From Chiloscyllium plagiosum (taxonomy: Eukaryota), in contig NC_057754.1 in assembly GCF_004010195.1 (NCBI RefSeq), positions 7,974,747 through 8,038,746 of the forward strand: a stretch of 64,000 nucleotides of DNA. The letters run 5' to 3'. Shown here piece after piece: positions 11,865 through 25,205 of the stretch. The notes beneath the pieces are model-generated. The model was not told the DNA's origin and did no database searches. It was given only the letters and a program-made list of their open reading frames with translations. How positions within the stretch are numbered: position 1 is the stretch's first letter; each line of letters starts with the position of its first letter. Both the position numbers and the translations under genes were made by a program.

Positions 11865-14275
11865 TAAGAAGATCTCGGGCATCTGTAAGAATAATAGGGT
11901 TCTAATGGCAGGGGATTTTAACTTTCTAATTGTCGACTGGGACTGCCATCGTGTTAAGGGCTTTGTTGGAGACAAATTTACCTATTCAATATATGGATGT
12001 ACCTACTAGAGAGGGAGCAAAACTTGACCTTCTCTTGGAAAATAAGGCTGGGTAAGCGACTGAGGTGTCAGTTGGGGAGCACTTTGGGGCCAGCAACCGT
12101 ACTTCTAATAGCTTCAGAAGAGTTGTGGAAAAGGACAGACCAGATCTAAAAGTTAAAGTTCCAAATTGGAGTGGGCCAATTTTCACGGTATTAGGCACGA
12201 ACTTTCAAAAGTTTATTGGGGGAGGCTGTTCACAGGTAAAAGGGAGGTTGGCAAGTGGGAGACTTTCAAACATGAGGTAACGAGAGTTCAGAGACAGGAT
12301 GTTCCTGTTAGTGCAAAGGGCAAGGCTGGTCGGTATAAGGAATGCTGGGTGACTAGAAAAATTGAGGTTCTGGTCAGGAAAAAGAAGGAGGCATATGTGA
12401 GGTATAGACAGTTGGGATCCATTAAATCCGTAGAAGAGTGTAAAGGCAGTAGAGGTGTACCTAAGAGGGATTTAAGGAGGGCACAAAGGAGACATGATAT
12501 AGGTTTGGCAAATATGGTTAAGGAGAATCCAAACAAATTCTACGAATACATTAAGGGCAAAAGAGTAACTAGGGAGAAATTAGGGCCCCTTAAAGATCAA
12601 CAAAGCCACCTATGTGTGGATGCCCAAGAGATGGATGAGATACTAAACAAATATTTTGCATCAGGTTTACTGTAGAGAAGAACATGGAAGCTAGGGAACT
12701 TGGGGAAATAAATAGTAATGTCTTCAAAAGTGTCCATGTTACAGGAGAGGTGGTGCTGGAGGTCACAAACACATCAATATAGTTAAACCCCCAGGACTTG
12801 ATCAGGTGTATCCTAGAACTTTGTGGAAAGCTAGGAAAGACATTACTGAGACATTTTTATCATTGACACCTATGGGCAAGGTGCTGGAAGACTGGAGGTC
12901 AGCTAATGTGGTGCTGTTATTTCAGAAAGTTGGTAAGGAAAAGCCAGGGAACTATAGACCGGTGAGCCTGACATCAGTGGAGGGTAAATTGTTGGAGGGG
13001 AATTCATATGCATTTGGAAAGGCAAGGACTGATTAAAAGTAGTCAACATGGCTTTGTGCGTGGGAAATTGTGTTTTACTAACTTGACTGAGTGTTTTGAA
13101 GAGGTGATAAGGACGAGGGATGAAGGCAGAGTGGTAGATGCTGTCTGTATGGACTTCAGCAAGGTGTTTGAAAAGGTTCCACATGGTAGAATGGTTAGCA
13201 AGGTCGAGTCACATGGAATCCAGGGGCAGTTAGCCAATTGGATACAAAATTGACCGTGAAGGTAGGAGATAGGGGATGGTGGTGGTGTTGGAGGGTTGCT
13301 TTACAGACTGGAGAACTGTAACCAGGGTGGCTGGGTCTACTGCTTTTCATCATGTATACAATTTGAATGTATGGCAAGGTTAGTAAGTTTGCAGGTCACA
13401 CCAAAGGCGGTGGTAGAGCGGACAGGGAAAAAGGTTACCTTAGAGTAGTATGGGACCTTAAACGGATGGGCTGAGGGGTGGCATATGGAGTTTGGATAAA
13501 TGTGAAGTGTTGGAATTTGGTAAGGCGAACCCGAGCAGGACTTGGACAGTTCATGGTGGGACCCCTGGGAATAAAGAGACCTAGTGCTGCAGCTGCATGG
13601 TCCCTTGAAAGTGGAGTCGCAGGTAGACAGGGTGGTGAAGGCGGCATTTGGTACACTTGCCTTTACTGGTCAGTGCATTGAACATAGGAGTTGGGAGGTC
13701 ATGTTACGGCTGTACAGGACATTAGTGAGGCCACTTTTAGAATACTGCTTTCAATTTTGGCTGCCTTGCTGGAGGAAAGATGTGGTTAAACTTGAAAGGG
13801 TTCAGCAAAGACCTACAAGGATGCTGCAAGGGTTGGAGGGTTTGAGCTACAGGGAGAGGCTGAATAGGCTGGGGCTGTTTTCCCTGCAGAATTGAAGGCT
13901 GAGGAGTGACCTTATACAGGTTTTTAAAGTCATGAGGGGCATAGATAGGATCAATAGCGAAGGTCTTTTCCCCAGGGGTAGGAGAGTCCAAAACTAGACG
14001 TCATAGGTTTAAGGTGAGAGGGGAAAGATTTAAAAGGGATACAAGGGGCAACGTTTTCTTGGAGAGGGTGATGCGTGTATGGAATGAGCTGCCAGAGGAG
14101 GTGGTGGAGGCTGGTACAATGGTAACATTTAAAAGACATCTGGGTGGGGATATGGAGAGGAAGGGTTTAGAAGGATTTGGGCCAGGTGCTTGCAAATGGG
14201 ACTAGATGAGATTAGGATATCTGGTTGGCATGGACGAGTTGGATCGAAGGGTCTGTTGTGGTGCTGTATGACCCT
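11865..14275 (+). mobile_element. Degenerate CR1 LINE ORF2 (late endonuclease, RT, 3' UTR)
   Basis: Frameshifted peptides GDFNF, KENPNKFYEYIKGKR, EDWRSANVV..F.K..KEKPGNYRPVSLTSV.GKLLE, QHGFVRGK.CFTNL, MDFSKVFEKVPHGR, LYRTLVRPLLEYC.QFW, RVWNELPEEVVEAG. Confidence 0.93.
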
Positions 14276-14958
14276 TCTTCTGTCTCCTCTGCTCCCCCCC
14301 CCCTGCCCCAACCTTCCCCCCCAGAGGGTTGTGGGATTTCGGTTGTGTTCAAGACATAGGTCTTGATCTGAAAAGTGTGTGTGTGTGGGGCAGGGGAGCG
14401 CGATGATATTGTGAAGGAGGTAGAAGATGAACCAGGGCCTATTAGAATAGCTGAGCAGGCTTGAGGGGCCGAATGGCCTATTCCTGCTTCTTCTTCCAAT
14501 GTTCCTGACCCATTCTGAGCCTTTAACCCTCGCGCTGATGTCTTGCTCCTGAACCTGTGACTTACCCCCCCCCCCCCCCACCCCCCTCCCCCGGGGTTGT
14601 TATATCCTCCGTGACTGAAAGTGAACTGTCCCATTTTCCTGATCGATGTTGAGGAAGTACCCAGTCCCTACCCTGTGACGATTTAGTATCGATCTCCTTT
14701 CTCACCGCTGTGTTTCGCAATTAATCAAATCTTGACTCGGAAGGAAATTGCCCACTCGAGTGTATTCTTTACATTCATATCCTCTCTAAGTGAGCTCACT
14801 TGGGAAAATGCAGCCTTGTCTTCAGCAATCACACCCACCCTCATCCTCCCAAACCCATTTCTCCTCTCTCGATGAGGGATTTTATCAAATGGAACGAAAT
14901 TATTATGGGACTGTAGAATAAAATTGAGTGTCTCGGATCACCATTAGAAGCTTGGCCT

Positions 14959-15815
14959 TAGAATAGAATAGACATTTGGCGTCATGTGTACTTTTACGTG
15001 ACACGTACAGAGAAAGGTTTTGTAAGTCGCCACTCCGCAGCACCGACATCAATGACAGAAGTCCTACATAAAAACAGAACAGAAGTAAAGTTAGGACAAA
15101 GTCCATCACAGTTCAGTTAACGGCTCCAGGCCTCAGAGAAAGTGAGGACTGCGGAGATCAGAGTCGAGAGTGTGGAGCTAGAAAAGCTCAGCAGGTCAGA
15201 CCCCTCCGAGGAGCAGGAGAATCGACATTTCAGGCATACGTCCTTCATCAGGAATGTGGCTCCTGGCCTTGGGAAAAGCCGATTTAGGAATGATGGAATA
15301 CCCTGCCGATGCAACTGGCACCAGACCGCCAGGCCGGGCTACTGGATACAAAGGGCAGAAACCTTCACCAAGGGAGACTGTCACTCCTGGACGGGACCGC
15401 CACAGTGGGCCGCTGGGAAACCTGGACACCGAAGACAAAGAAGACCCCCACGTGAGGACAACAGCTTCATTCTGGGACAAGAGTGCCACACCAGGAGACT
15501 GCCGCAGGGGAGACCAAAACACAGGGAGAACGCCACACGGGGACAAGACCAACCTTCTCCACCTCAAGGGGCTCAGTCCCGGCTGCGGATCTGAAGCCTC
15601 AGCCTAGTCTGTGAACCTGGGCCGCAGGAGTCAGGGGGAGTCAGCCAGGGACTCTTCCTTGCTTGCTATGAGACCCTGGGCTGGGGGAAGGGGAGAGGCT
15701 GTGTCCGGATCCATCCAGCACTGCCGCAGCTATCGGCCCAAAAGAAAAAAAATGAAAAGAAGGAAGCAAAAGGGAAAGAAAGCCAACGAGACTCCCACTC
15801 CGTCGCCATCTTGGA
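14959..15815 (-). mobile_element. Putative non-autonomous retroelement with Rex1/Babar-like 3' tail
   Basis: Minus-strand 5' end TCCAAGATGGCG and 3' end ...TTTCTCTGTAC...GTACACATGAC...(TTCTA)n, similar to the tail of the Rex1-like copy at 61360-61395. No RT-like ORF. Confidence 0.5.
15134..15257 (-). mobile_element. Penelope-type family B element with degenerate hammerhead
   Basis: Family B consensus. Flanking duplication GGCTCCAGGCCT (15122-15133) / GGCTCCTGGCCT (15258-15269). Confidence 0.8.
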
Positions 15816-16792
15816 TTTAAAAAAAAGATATCGCTTTCTTCAAAAACGTTGGTTGGAGGTTGTGGGAGTGGAGGAGATGTATTCTGCATTAATGTTTCTC
15901 ATTTCAAGAGGGAGAGTGGAGCTGAAATGACACTGGAAATGAATCTAATTTGTTTAAAGTGTTAATCTGAGGCAGAGAGGATGTCAACTGCTGATTTAAT
16001 GGAGTTGGGCACAGATCCAGGATGTGTGTATCAGTCTCCATTACGACGGATCATTTGTTTACGTGAATAATTCCAGGGGTTTCTGCGCACACTCTCTCTC
16101 TCTCTGACATTGATACTTGGTTTTGGAAGTCCATTTAACTGTGGTGCTTCTGGATTTATTGTGAAATTAGCCTCTAATCACACAAAGAGCTCTGAGATGA
16201 GTGTGAACACTCAGGGCGTCTGTTGAATAGATCTCTCTCATTGCCATTGACTGTAGCTGTCTCATAATTGCAGCACTTTTTGCTGTTTAAATTGTGTGGA
16301 GAGTGCTTATGCTAATGTGGGGCAATTTATGCAAACGGAGGCAGGGCAGCGATTACCCAGCGTCTGGATGTCTTGAGTTTTCTTTTCGTTTTGTTTCTGC
16401 AGCTGCTGTGTTGCACAGCCTTGCCTTAACGTATCCCTGCAGCCCCCAGCCCTTAACACAAGATTTGCTTCAAAAGCCTGGTTAATCGGGACGTTTCTGA
16501 ATAACGTGCTCGCCGCGGCAATTAGGTTCACATCAAGTCCCGCTCGATGTGGTCTTAAATGGCACGGGTCTAATGAAATGAACTCCATGCATGGTGCATG
16601 GATGTAAACTCTGTACAATCGACCTCTCAGTTTTAATTCTGTGAATAAAGGAGAACTGTACTTTGTGTAGCTGTTTGTAAACTGTCGTGGTTATAACCTG
16701 GCAGTGCCACGATCATTTCCATCTCTTGCCCTCAGTGGGACATGGGTTTTGGTGCTTGAGACCGGTCTGCCTCTTGTGGACTCGCCAACTTT

Positions 16793-16934
16793 CAGGGCAT
16801 TGAAATGGTCATTGGATAAACATATGGATGATAAAGGAATAGAGTAGGTGAGAAGGGCTTCAGATCGGTTTCACAGGTCGGTGCAACATCGAGGGCCGAC
16901 GGGCCTGTACTGCGCTGGAATGTTCTCTGTTCTA
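16793..16934 (+). mobile_element. CR1 3' end (second subfamily, GTTCT-type tail)
   Basis: CACAGGTCGGTGCAACATCGAGGGCCG..GGGCCTGTACTGCGCTG..TGTTCT, shared with the copies ending at ~47405, ~50030, ~21300 and ~42460. Confidence 0.75.
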
Positions 16935-19900
16935 GTTGCCCTCGAAAAGCGGGGGTGGTGAGCTGCCATCTTGAACCGCCGCAGTCTGTGATGTTTTGCA
17001 CACTGACGTGATTGTGAAAAACAACTGGACAGAGGCCAGTATCCTGACACGCAGGTCACCCTTTTCAACATGGGCTCTGACCAGCCAGCTCGGTGCCAGT
17101 CCCGAGAACGAGGAGACGCCCTGACTGTCCTGTTTCAGACAGGCCCAGGGTCGCAGCCCCCAGTCAGGGATCTCATCCTCCATGCGATCGACCTGGCCCC
17201 TCGTTCCAGTCACAGCACTTTACCAACCCCGTTGCGATACAGTGGGATTTCCCGTGCGGTGCAATCCAATCATTTCCATTCCTTGCCCTCGATGTGGGAG
17301 ATGGGACTTTGCTCGCGAGGCCCAGCCTTTCTCGGTCATCTCGCATTGAACTGAGTGGCTCGCTCCGCCACCTCGGAGGGCAGACGAGAGGCAACAGTGG
17401 AATGACATGTTGGCCAGACTGGAGAGAGGCGCCAGGTTTCCTTCCCGAGACGGCAAGAGTGACCCGAGTGAAACTAGCCTTATTTTCCAGGTTGTTACAA
17501 AGCTGCCGCCTGCCCCCAACATTCGTCTAGGCCTCTATGTTGATAGACCAGTGACATTCCCATTCCAACATGAAGAGGCAGGATCGCTAGGGTGATACCA
17601 TGAATGAGCAGAGTGTCTGAGGGGGCAGCCTGTGACAGATTGGGCTTGGGTTCCACTGGAGGAGTTGGGCAGAGTGAGGGTCCTGAACCATCTTGACAAG
17701 GTGGACATGGTGTGGGTCAATCCAGAGCAAGGGGGTGCTCTTTTATAATCGAGGGTCACCCTTTTGGGACAGGGTTGAGAATTTTTATCCCTCCTTCAGA
17801 AGGATGTGTGACTTTGGAACTCTGTGTCTCAGAGGATGGTGGAGGTCGGCGGGGTAGTCTGAGTCTTGTCGCTGAGGGAATCACAGATTACTTAGAGTGG
17901 GGGAAGGGGGTCAGATAGGACTGTGGAATTTGGAATACAAGCCCACGCCAGCAGCTTCCCTGTCTCTGCGGGAAATGGCGCAACAAAAAGCTGGTGTTGT
18001 GAACCAGAGTTGGGGGTGGCAGGAGGGCTCCAATGCACGGCATGGGAATGGAAGCAGGGCTATTCAGCCCATCCCTCCCTATGCTACTCCCCAGTTCCAA
18101 ACGAATGTGGCTGATCTGTTTTGACCCACTGATAATCCTTGATCACTCCCTTGCCCAATGGGTGTCTATGCCCGCTTTTGTCTTGAAGGTATGAGTCTGT
18201 CCTCGCTCTGTCTTGAACAGATCTCTGTTTCTGACGTCTTCGGACCAGTCTCTGATCCCGATGCTGTAGGAGTGTTGGGGCAAGTAATCCTGTGAGCGGG
18301 ATAAGGCCGGAAGTGCAGGGGGTGGGGGTGATGGTTGGGTGGTATGGCTGCCGGAGTTGCTGACCTACCTCACCCAGAAGTGAGGCTGCTCCAAGCTTTC
18401 AGGGAGGTGTCCTGTCTGCTGGATGTGAGCTGCCAATCTCCCCCCCCCACCCCAAAAAAACAAGCTGGAACCCAGAAAGAAAACTGTGGGAACTGAGCTT
18501 CCTGGGGAGCCAGGCCTGACCTGCCGGAGAAAGGGGATTTAGGCCCAGAGCCCATTTGTCAGGAACTCCCCCCCCCACACCTACGGAGTGACCCAGACCC
18601 AGGCTTCATGCAGCCTGAAGATGTGGGTGGTTTGGCGAAGAGAGACTCTTTGTGAGGGGAGAGCAGGAGAACTGCAGCTGCTAAAGGGGCCCAGCTGGTG
18701 GGTGGTGTGAGAAGAGGGAGGTGTGTGTGAAAGGGGGCGCAGGGGGAGGTTAATGAGGTTGGGCAGGGTGAGTTTTATCCTCTCCTGATGCAACAACAAA
18801 CAGGCCCTGGCGGTCTGCCCATTTGGCAGCACCCACCCGTTGTTGAGAGCGACAACAGTCTTGAGGATTTAAAGGGGTCTCGAGTCCAGTTCAACATTTA
18901 TCACGGACACTCACTGTGAGGAGGTCAGAGGTCTGTCTTGTATTCTCTCTCTCTCTCTCTCTCTCTCTGCACTCTCTGGTAACTAGACTTTGACTAAAGA
19001 GGGTGGAGGCGAAGGGGTTGTATCATTCGGGATCAACTCCTCTTTATTCTTCTATCCCATGTCCCTCAAACTCTGTCTCTGAAAATCTCCACGGAAATGT
19101 ACATTCCCAGATTTAATATCCGGCTTCAGCTTCTAAACACTGGGATCCATGCGATCGGTGCACGTTAGCAGTTGGCGTAGGCTGTTTGACCCCTCGAACC
19201 TACTCCACCAAGATTGCAGCTAATCTGGCTAATCCCTCAACGTGGCTCTCCCCCATGACCCAGACTCCTGACAACCTTTGGCTCCCTTGCTGGACAAGTA
19301 TCTGTTTCCATCTGTCTTAGACACCATTAAGTGATCCCGCCTCCCTGTCTGAGGAAGAGAGTTCCACAGAGAGACGACCCTCTCTCTCAGTGACAAAATT
19401 CTCCTTGTCGCCGTCTTTTGTAAGCCCCTGGTTTTGATTTTAAATTGAATCAAGGTTGACTTGGATTTTCGACTGACTCGGTGGTCAGTCACGGGGATTT
19501 GGGGGGAGCTAGATCAGCTGTGGTTGTATTGAATTGCGTAGCAGGCTGGAAGAAGGGCCGAATGGACTATACTTGCTCCTGTGTTCCTCATTTGAGCCCC
19601 TCCCACAAGAGAAACATTTCTCCTCATTCATAACTCTTCATTCTCATGTTGCAACTGGACCCCAGGAGAGGTTCCCTGAATCGATGCAGACCCAGACGAG
19701 AACTCCCAAACTACCAGGTGAGGATGGATGGACTGACTTGTCTTCTTTATTGACCGCGACACCACCTGCTTTGCTTAATTCGGAAAGAATCCCCATTCCT
19801 TGTGCGTGCCTTTTCCCCAGAACCAAATGAACTTTTATTGTATAAAGGAACCACATCAGCCGGGCTTCTTTGAGTTAACAGGAGGACTGAGTTTATATCT

Positions 19901-20364
19901 GATAATAATTAGTAATGCACCAGGTAATTAAAAATGAGAGGGCAGTCCAAAAAGATAATAGTTAATAAGAAAGATACGCAAATCCGTCTCTGAATTGTTC
20001 TCAGAGAATGGATGTTGCGCTGAAGGTTGCTGGTATCTTTGACATTGGTCGGTTTTGTGATTGTTAAGTTTTCAGATTGGTTGAGAATATGACCATTTAA
20101 ATGCCCTTAATGTTGGCGAGACTACTACTGCTGCAGGCCGGCCGTTCCACGCCCCTACTACACTCTGAGTAAAGATGCTTGTGGACTGTGATGAGATTCC
20201 AGCATTCAGAGTGAGAGAGAGGCCTTTTATTATCTTATTTACTGCTTAAGGTCTGCAGCAGTGTGTGTGAGAGAGAGCTTTCTTAACCTGCAGTGCAGGG
20301 ATCACCATAGGAACAGTTCTTTGAATGTGACCGTCAGGATATGCTAATGCTCAGACCCATGCTG

Positions 20365-20785
20365 GTACACCGCATTGTGGTCACTGTCCCCAAAGTGCTC
20401 ACCTACCTCTAATTCTATCACCTGGCTTGGTTCGTTACCCAGAACCAAATCCAGTATGGCCTCACCTCTTGTTGGCCTATCTACATATTGTGTCAGGAAA
20501 CCCTCCTGCACACATTGGACAAACACTGACCCATCTAACGAACTTGAGCTATAGCTTTCCCAATTAATATCAGGAAAGTTAAAGTCCCCCATAACAACCA
20601 CCCTATTACTTTCACTCTTCTCCTGAATCATCCTCGCAATCCTTTCTTCTATGTTTCTAGGACTATTAGGAGGCCTGTAAAAAACTCCTAACAGGGTGAG
20701 CTCACCTTTCCTATTCCTAACCTCAGCCCAAACTACCTCAGATGGTGAGTCTTCATCCATCGTCCTTTCCACAGCTGTAATACTA
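20365..20785 (-). mobile_element. CR1 apurinic endonuclease domain fragment
   Basis: Peptide LLGVFYRPPNS...VVVMGDFNFPDINW...PTRGEAILDLVLGNE...GDSDHN. Confidence 0.92.
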
Positions 20786-21299
20786 AACCTTGGTGCTGTG
20801 AGGCAGCAGCGCTAACCACTGAGCCACCGTGCTGTCCGTGTACACATTCATTCCCATGAGTACACTCCAGTAGATTTGGAACGGGCTTTTTAACCCTGCC
20901 TTTTTGTGCTGTTCAATGGTTAAAACAGAAAATGGGTCTACCGTTTGGGGCGTAATCCGCAGGGGTGGCTTGCAGTTGAGCTGGGGATTGTCTGCCCCTC
21001 CTTAACATTGTAGTCGCAAGAGAGAACAGTCTAATCTATTTGAAACTTCAGAAGGCACCTCAGATGTTACATCCTATCTGTCTCCCTTTCCAGTCAGCCA
21101 CTCTTGGCTGTATCAGCACTCTGTTGCAAGTTTAAAAACTGCTGCAGGAATTTGAGGATCTGACCCACAGGTGTGGGACTGAATGAGTGCCAAATTTTGT
21201 TTAAGAATGCTCCCACGGAGCCTGTAAGGCCATGACATTACATAAAAGGCGACATATAAATTAAGGTTACTGTTGCTTTAGCCTTGTGTTCACAATCCT

Positions 21300-21628
21300 G
21301 TGTGTTACAGCGCAATACAGGCCCTTCAGCCCTCGATGTTGCACAGACCTGTGAAAATAATACGATGTCCAACTAACCTGCACCACTCCATTATTACCCA
21401 TATGTATGTCCAATGCCCATTTAAATGCCCTTAACGTCGGCGAGTCTCCTACGGTTGCAAGCAGGCAATTCCACACCTCTACTACTCTCAGAGTAAAGAA
21501 ACTACCTCTAATATCTTCCCTAAATCTATCACCCCTCAAGTTAAAGCTATGCCCCCTCATGTTAGCCTTCACCATCCGAGGAAAAAGATTCTCACTGTCC
21601 ACCCGATCTAACCCTCTGATTATCTTAA
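21300..21628 (-). mobile_element. CR1 3' fragment
   Basis: Peptide LFPRMVKANMRGHSFNLRGDRFREDIRGSFFTLRVVEVWN. Confidence 0.88.
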
Positions 21629-22139
21629 ACTATGTTAAAGACGGTTTTGTAGATTTGCTTGTAGCTGATTATAATTTTCGAGTTACATCTTCATTCAGGT
21701 GTTCTGTCTATCAGTCATTGTTCTGGTTTAATTAGATTTATACTCCAATTCCATTTCAGCTGGGGCCGCAGTTTTCCCTTTTCGGGGGAAAACAATGATA
21801 TTTGTGAAATTTTTTAAGCAGTACAGTGATTAATTTTAATAAGTATAAAATGCAGAAGGTTCCTGAGGCTGCACCTTCCAAACCCATGGCCACTACTATC
21901 CAGAAGGACAAGGACAGCAAATACTACAGGAACACCACCCCCTGCAAACTCCCCTCCAATCCACTCACCATCCTGACTTGGAAACATACTGCAGTCCCTT
22001 CAGCTTTGCCAGGTCCAAGCCCTGTAATTCCCTCTCTAATGGCGTTATGGCTGTACCTTTCTGAAGAAATGGGTGGCAGCAGGCGAAGAAGACAGCTCAC
22101 CCTCTCGGGCAACTGCGGTTGGACAATAAATGCTGGGCC

Positions 22140-22627
22140 CTGGCTGAATAGACTGGGATTTTATTCCCTGGAGTGTAGGAGGCTGAGGGGGACACCTTAT
22201 CGAGGTTTGTAAAATCACGAGGGACACTGATAAGGTGAATAGCCGTTAAGTCCTTTACCCAATGAAGGAGAGTCCAAAACTAGAGGGCTTAGGTTTAAGG
22301 TGAGGTTTAAGAGGAACCTGAGGGGTAACTTTTTCACGCAGAGGGTGGTGCGTGTATGGAACAAGCTGCCAGAAGAAGTGGTGGAGGCTGGTACAATGAC
22401 AACATTTAAAAGGCAGCTGGATAGGGACATAGATAGGAAGGGTTTAGAGGGAGATGGGCCAAGCACAGGCAAATTGGATGGAAGGGTCTATTTCTGTGCT
22501 GCATGACTCTATAAGCTGCCTGACCTGCTGTGCTGTTCCAGCAATAAAGTTTCAACTTAGAGGGAGATGGGCCAAGCACAGGCAAATTGGATGGAAGGGT
22601 CTATTTCTGTGCTGCATGACTCTATAA
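22140..22627 (+). mobile_element. CR1 3' fragment whose last 71 bp are duplicated around a 42-bp Penelope-type insert
   Basis: RVVRVWNKLPEEVVEAG. 22444-22514 is identical to 22557-22627; the insert 22515-22556 is GCTGCCTGACCTGCTGTGCTGTTCCAGCA... Confidence 0.85.
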
Positions 22628-23357
22628 TTGTATTACAGTTAGAAAAGGAGGAAAAGATAGGCAATATTTGTGATTCCAAGTGGACTCACCCCTGGACTGT
22701 ATGGAGTCTCGGAGGATAACCATCTCCCAGGGGAACAGCATCAACCCACTGAAGCATTCCTCGCAGAGTACAGGGGGGAAACCATCCAGGCCCTTGCATT
22801 TTCAAATCCCCCAATCCTGGAAACTTTGTCACACAAGAGCCAGAAGGGATTGGGCAGGATGGGTGCTGAAGGATGGTTTTCTGGGAGGGAATAGAAGTAC
22901 GGGGCACATTTTAAAAATTAAGGCACCTCCCTTTAATTCAGACAGCGTTTTAATGACGTGGCACTTTGAGTCTCCTCAGAAGGTCGCGGAGGAGTCAGGG
23001 AGGTTTCTACAGCTCTGCAAGAGACCGTTCGGCCCATTACATCCGTGCTGATCAGCGGACATCATTCTGTCCGAATTTCCAGCAGTTGGCCCCCAGCCTT
23101 GTTGATATTTCCTCATCAGCCTGTTCAAAGATATTGTCGCTCACTTGTGGAACAAGTGAGACTTGGACCTGGGTCCACCAGTCTAGAGGCAGGGGCAATA
23201 CCATTGTACCACAAAGACCTTTCAAGTGCTTGTCTAAATAGTTCCCAAGTGTCTCTACCACCCTTTTAGGCAGTTCCAGATGCCCATAACCCTCTGGCTG
23301 AAAAGGATTTTCCTCAAATCCCCTCTAAACCTCCTGTTCCTTCCCTGAAAACAATTC

Positions 23358-23474
23358 GATGAAGGAGCAGCACTCCGAAAGCTAGCGCCTGCGAATAAGC
23401 CTACTGGACTCCAACCTGGTGTAGTGTCATTTTTAACTTTGTCCACCCCAGTCCAATACCGGCACCTCCAAATC
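23358..23474 (+). mobile_element. Penelope-type family A single arm, starting inside the hammerhead
   Basis: GATGAAGGAGCAGCACTCCGAAAGCTAG...ATTTTTAACTTTGTCCACCCCAGTCCAATACCGGCACCTCCAAATC, matching the element at 47-242. Confidence 0.78.
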
Positions 23475-23944
23475 GAAACCTTAAAACTTGGCATTGACCT
23501 CTCGAATAAGGAGAATAGGTTTCTCCCTATCCGCTGTATCCCCTCCTGATTTTTGCTGGGCAAATGTACGACCTCTCGCAACCTTCTGTTCTCTAAGGAA
23601 AGCAGCCCAGCCTCTCTCGTCTCCCTTTCATAACGGAATCACTCCAGCCCAGAAAGCATCCTGGTGAATCTCCTCCGCGCCCCTTCTCTGGTGGAGTCAC
23701 ACCCTCCCTGTGGTGTGGGGACCAGGACCGCACCCAGTACTCCAGCTGACCAACAGTTCTCAAAGCAGAGGCAGATAGATTCTTGAGCAATGGGGGACGC
23801 GGGTAGTTATTGGGGGTCGGTGAGAGAGCGGACCTAAGACCACAACCACATCAGTCACGTCTTTACCAAATGGTGGAGCAGGTCACAGAGGCCAAGCGGC
23901 CTTTAGCTCCAACTGCACGTATCTGTACAGAATCGTAGAAACTG

Positions 23945-24600
23945 TGAACTTGAGCGACAGGGCCAGGCTGAATAGGCTGGGGCTATCTTCCCTGGAGCGT
24001 CGGAGGCTGAGGGGTGGATGTTTGTAAAATCATGAGGCTCATGGATAGGGTGAATAACCAAGGTGTTTTCCCAGGGTAGGGGAGTCCACAACTGGAGAGT
24101 ATAGGTTTCGGATGAGAGGGGCAAGATTTAAAAGGGTCCTGAGGGGCAACTTTTTCACACAGAGGGTGGTATGTATCTGGATTGAGCTGTCAGAGGAAGT
24201 GGTGGAGGCTGGTACAATGACGTCTTAAAAGGCAACTGGATGGGTATGTGAATTGGAAAGGTTTAGAGGGATAAGGGCCAAGTCCTGGCAAGTGGGACTA
24301 GATTCATTTGTTTATCTGCGAGGAGAAAGTGAGGTCTGCAGATGCTGGAGATCAGGCAAGATTTAAAAGGGTCCTGAGGGGCAACGTTTTCACACAGAGG
24401 GTGGTATGTATCTGGATTGAGCTGCCAGAGGAAGTGGTGGAGGCTGGTACAATGACGTCTTAAAAGGCATCTGGATGGGTATGTGAATTGGAAGGATTTA
24501 GAGGGATAAGGGCCAAGTCCTGGCAAGTGGGACTAGATTCATTTGTTTATCTGGTCAGCAGAATGAGTTGGACCGAAGACTCTGTTTCCGTGCTGTACAA
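23945..24600 (+). mobile_element. CR1 3' fragment containing a 199-bp direct duplication around a 36-bp Penelope-type insert
   Basis: 24120-24318 and 24355-24553 differ at about 5 positions. The insert 24319-24354 contains GAGAAAGTGAGGTCTGCAGATGCTGGAGATCA. Confidence 0.85.
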
Positions 24601-24649
24601 GCCTGCCTTGCCGTTTAATACGATCATGGCTGACCCTCTGCAAATCTAC

Positions 24650-25205
24650 AGGGGCCTTGGTGAGACCGCACCTGGAGTGTTGTGTCGTTTGGGGTCTCCT
24701 TATCTGAGGAAGGAGCAATAGCGGGAGTGCACCAGAGTTTTACCAGACGGATTCCTGGGATGGCAGGACTGACTTATGATGTAAAACCGGATCGGTTAGG
24801 ACTGTATTCACTGGAGTTTGCAAGAATGTGTGGGGAAACTGTGTGGAAACGTATAAGATTCGGACAGGACTGGATAGGGTAAACACAGGAAGGGTGTTCC
24901 TGATGACTGAGAATTTCTACAACCAGAGGGCCACAGTCTGAGGATTATGGCACAGACCCATTTCGGACTGAGAAATGTCTTCACCCAGAGAGTGGGTGGG
25001 GACCCTGTGGGAATTCTCTGCCGCAGAAAACATTTGAGGCCAAAGCATTGAAAGTTTTCCAGAAGGATTTAGGTGTAGTTCTACGGGTGAAAGGGATCAA
25101 AGGGAGGAAGTGGGACGAAGGGGACTGAGTTGGATGATTCGCCGCGATCCTATTGAGTGATGGAACAGGCTTGAAGGGCCAAGTGGCCTGCTGCTATTTT
25201 CTGTG
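24650..25205 (+). mobile_element. Older CR1/L2-type LINE 3' fragment
   Basis: YRGLVRPHLE-like sequence, GSPYLRK, SFTRRIPGMAGLTYD..DRLGLYSLEF, then a UTR with GGCTTGAAGGGCCAAGTGGCCTGCT. Confidence 0.75.
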
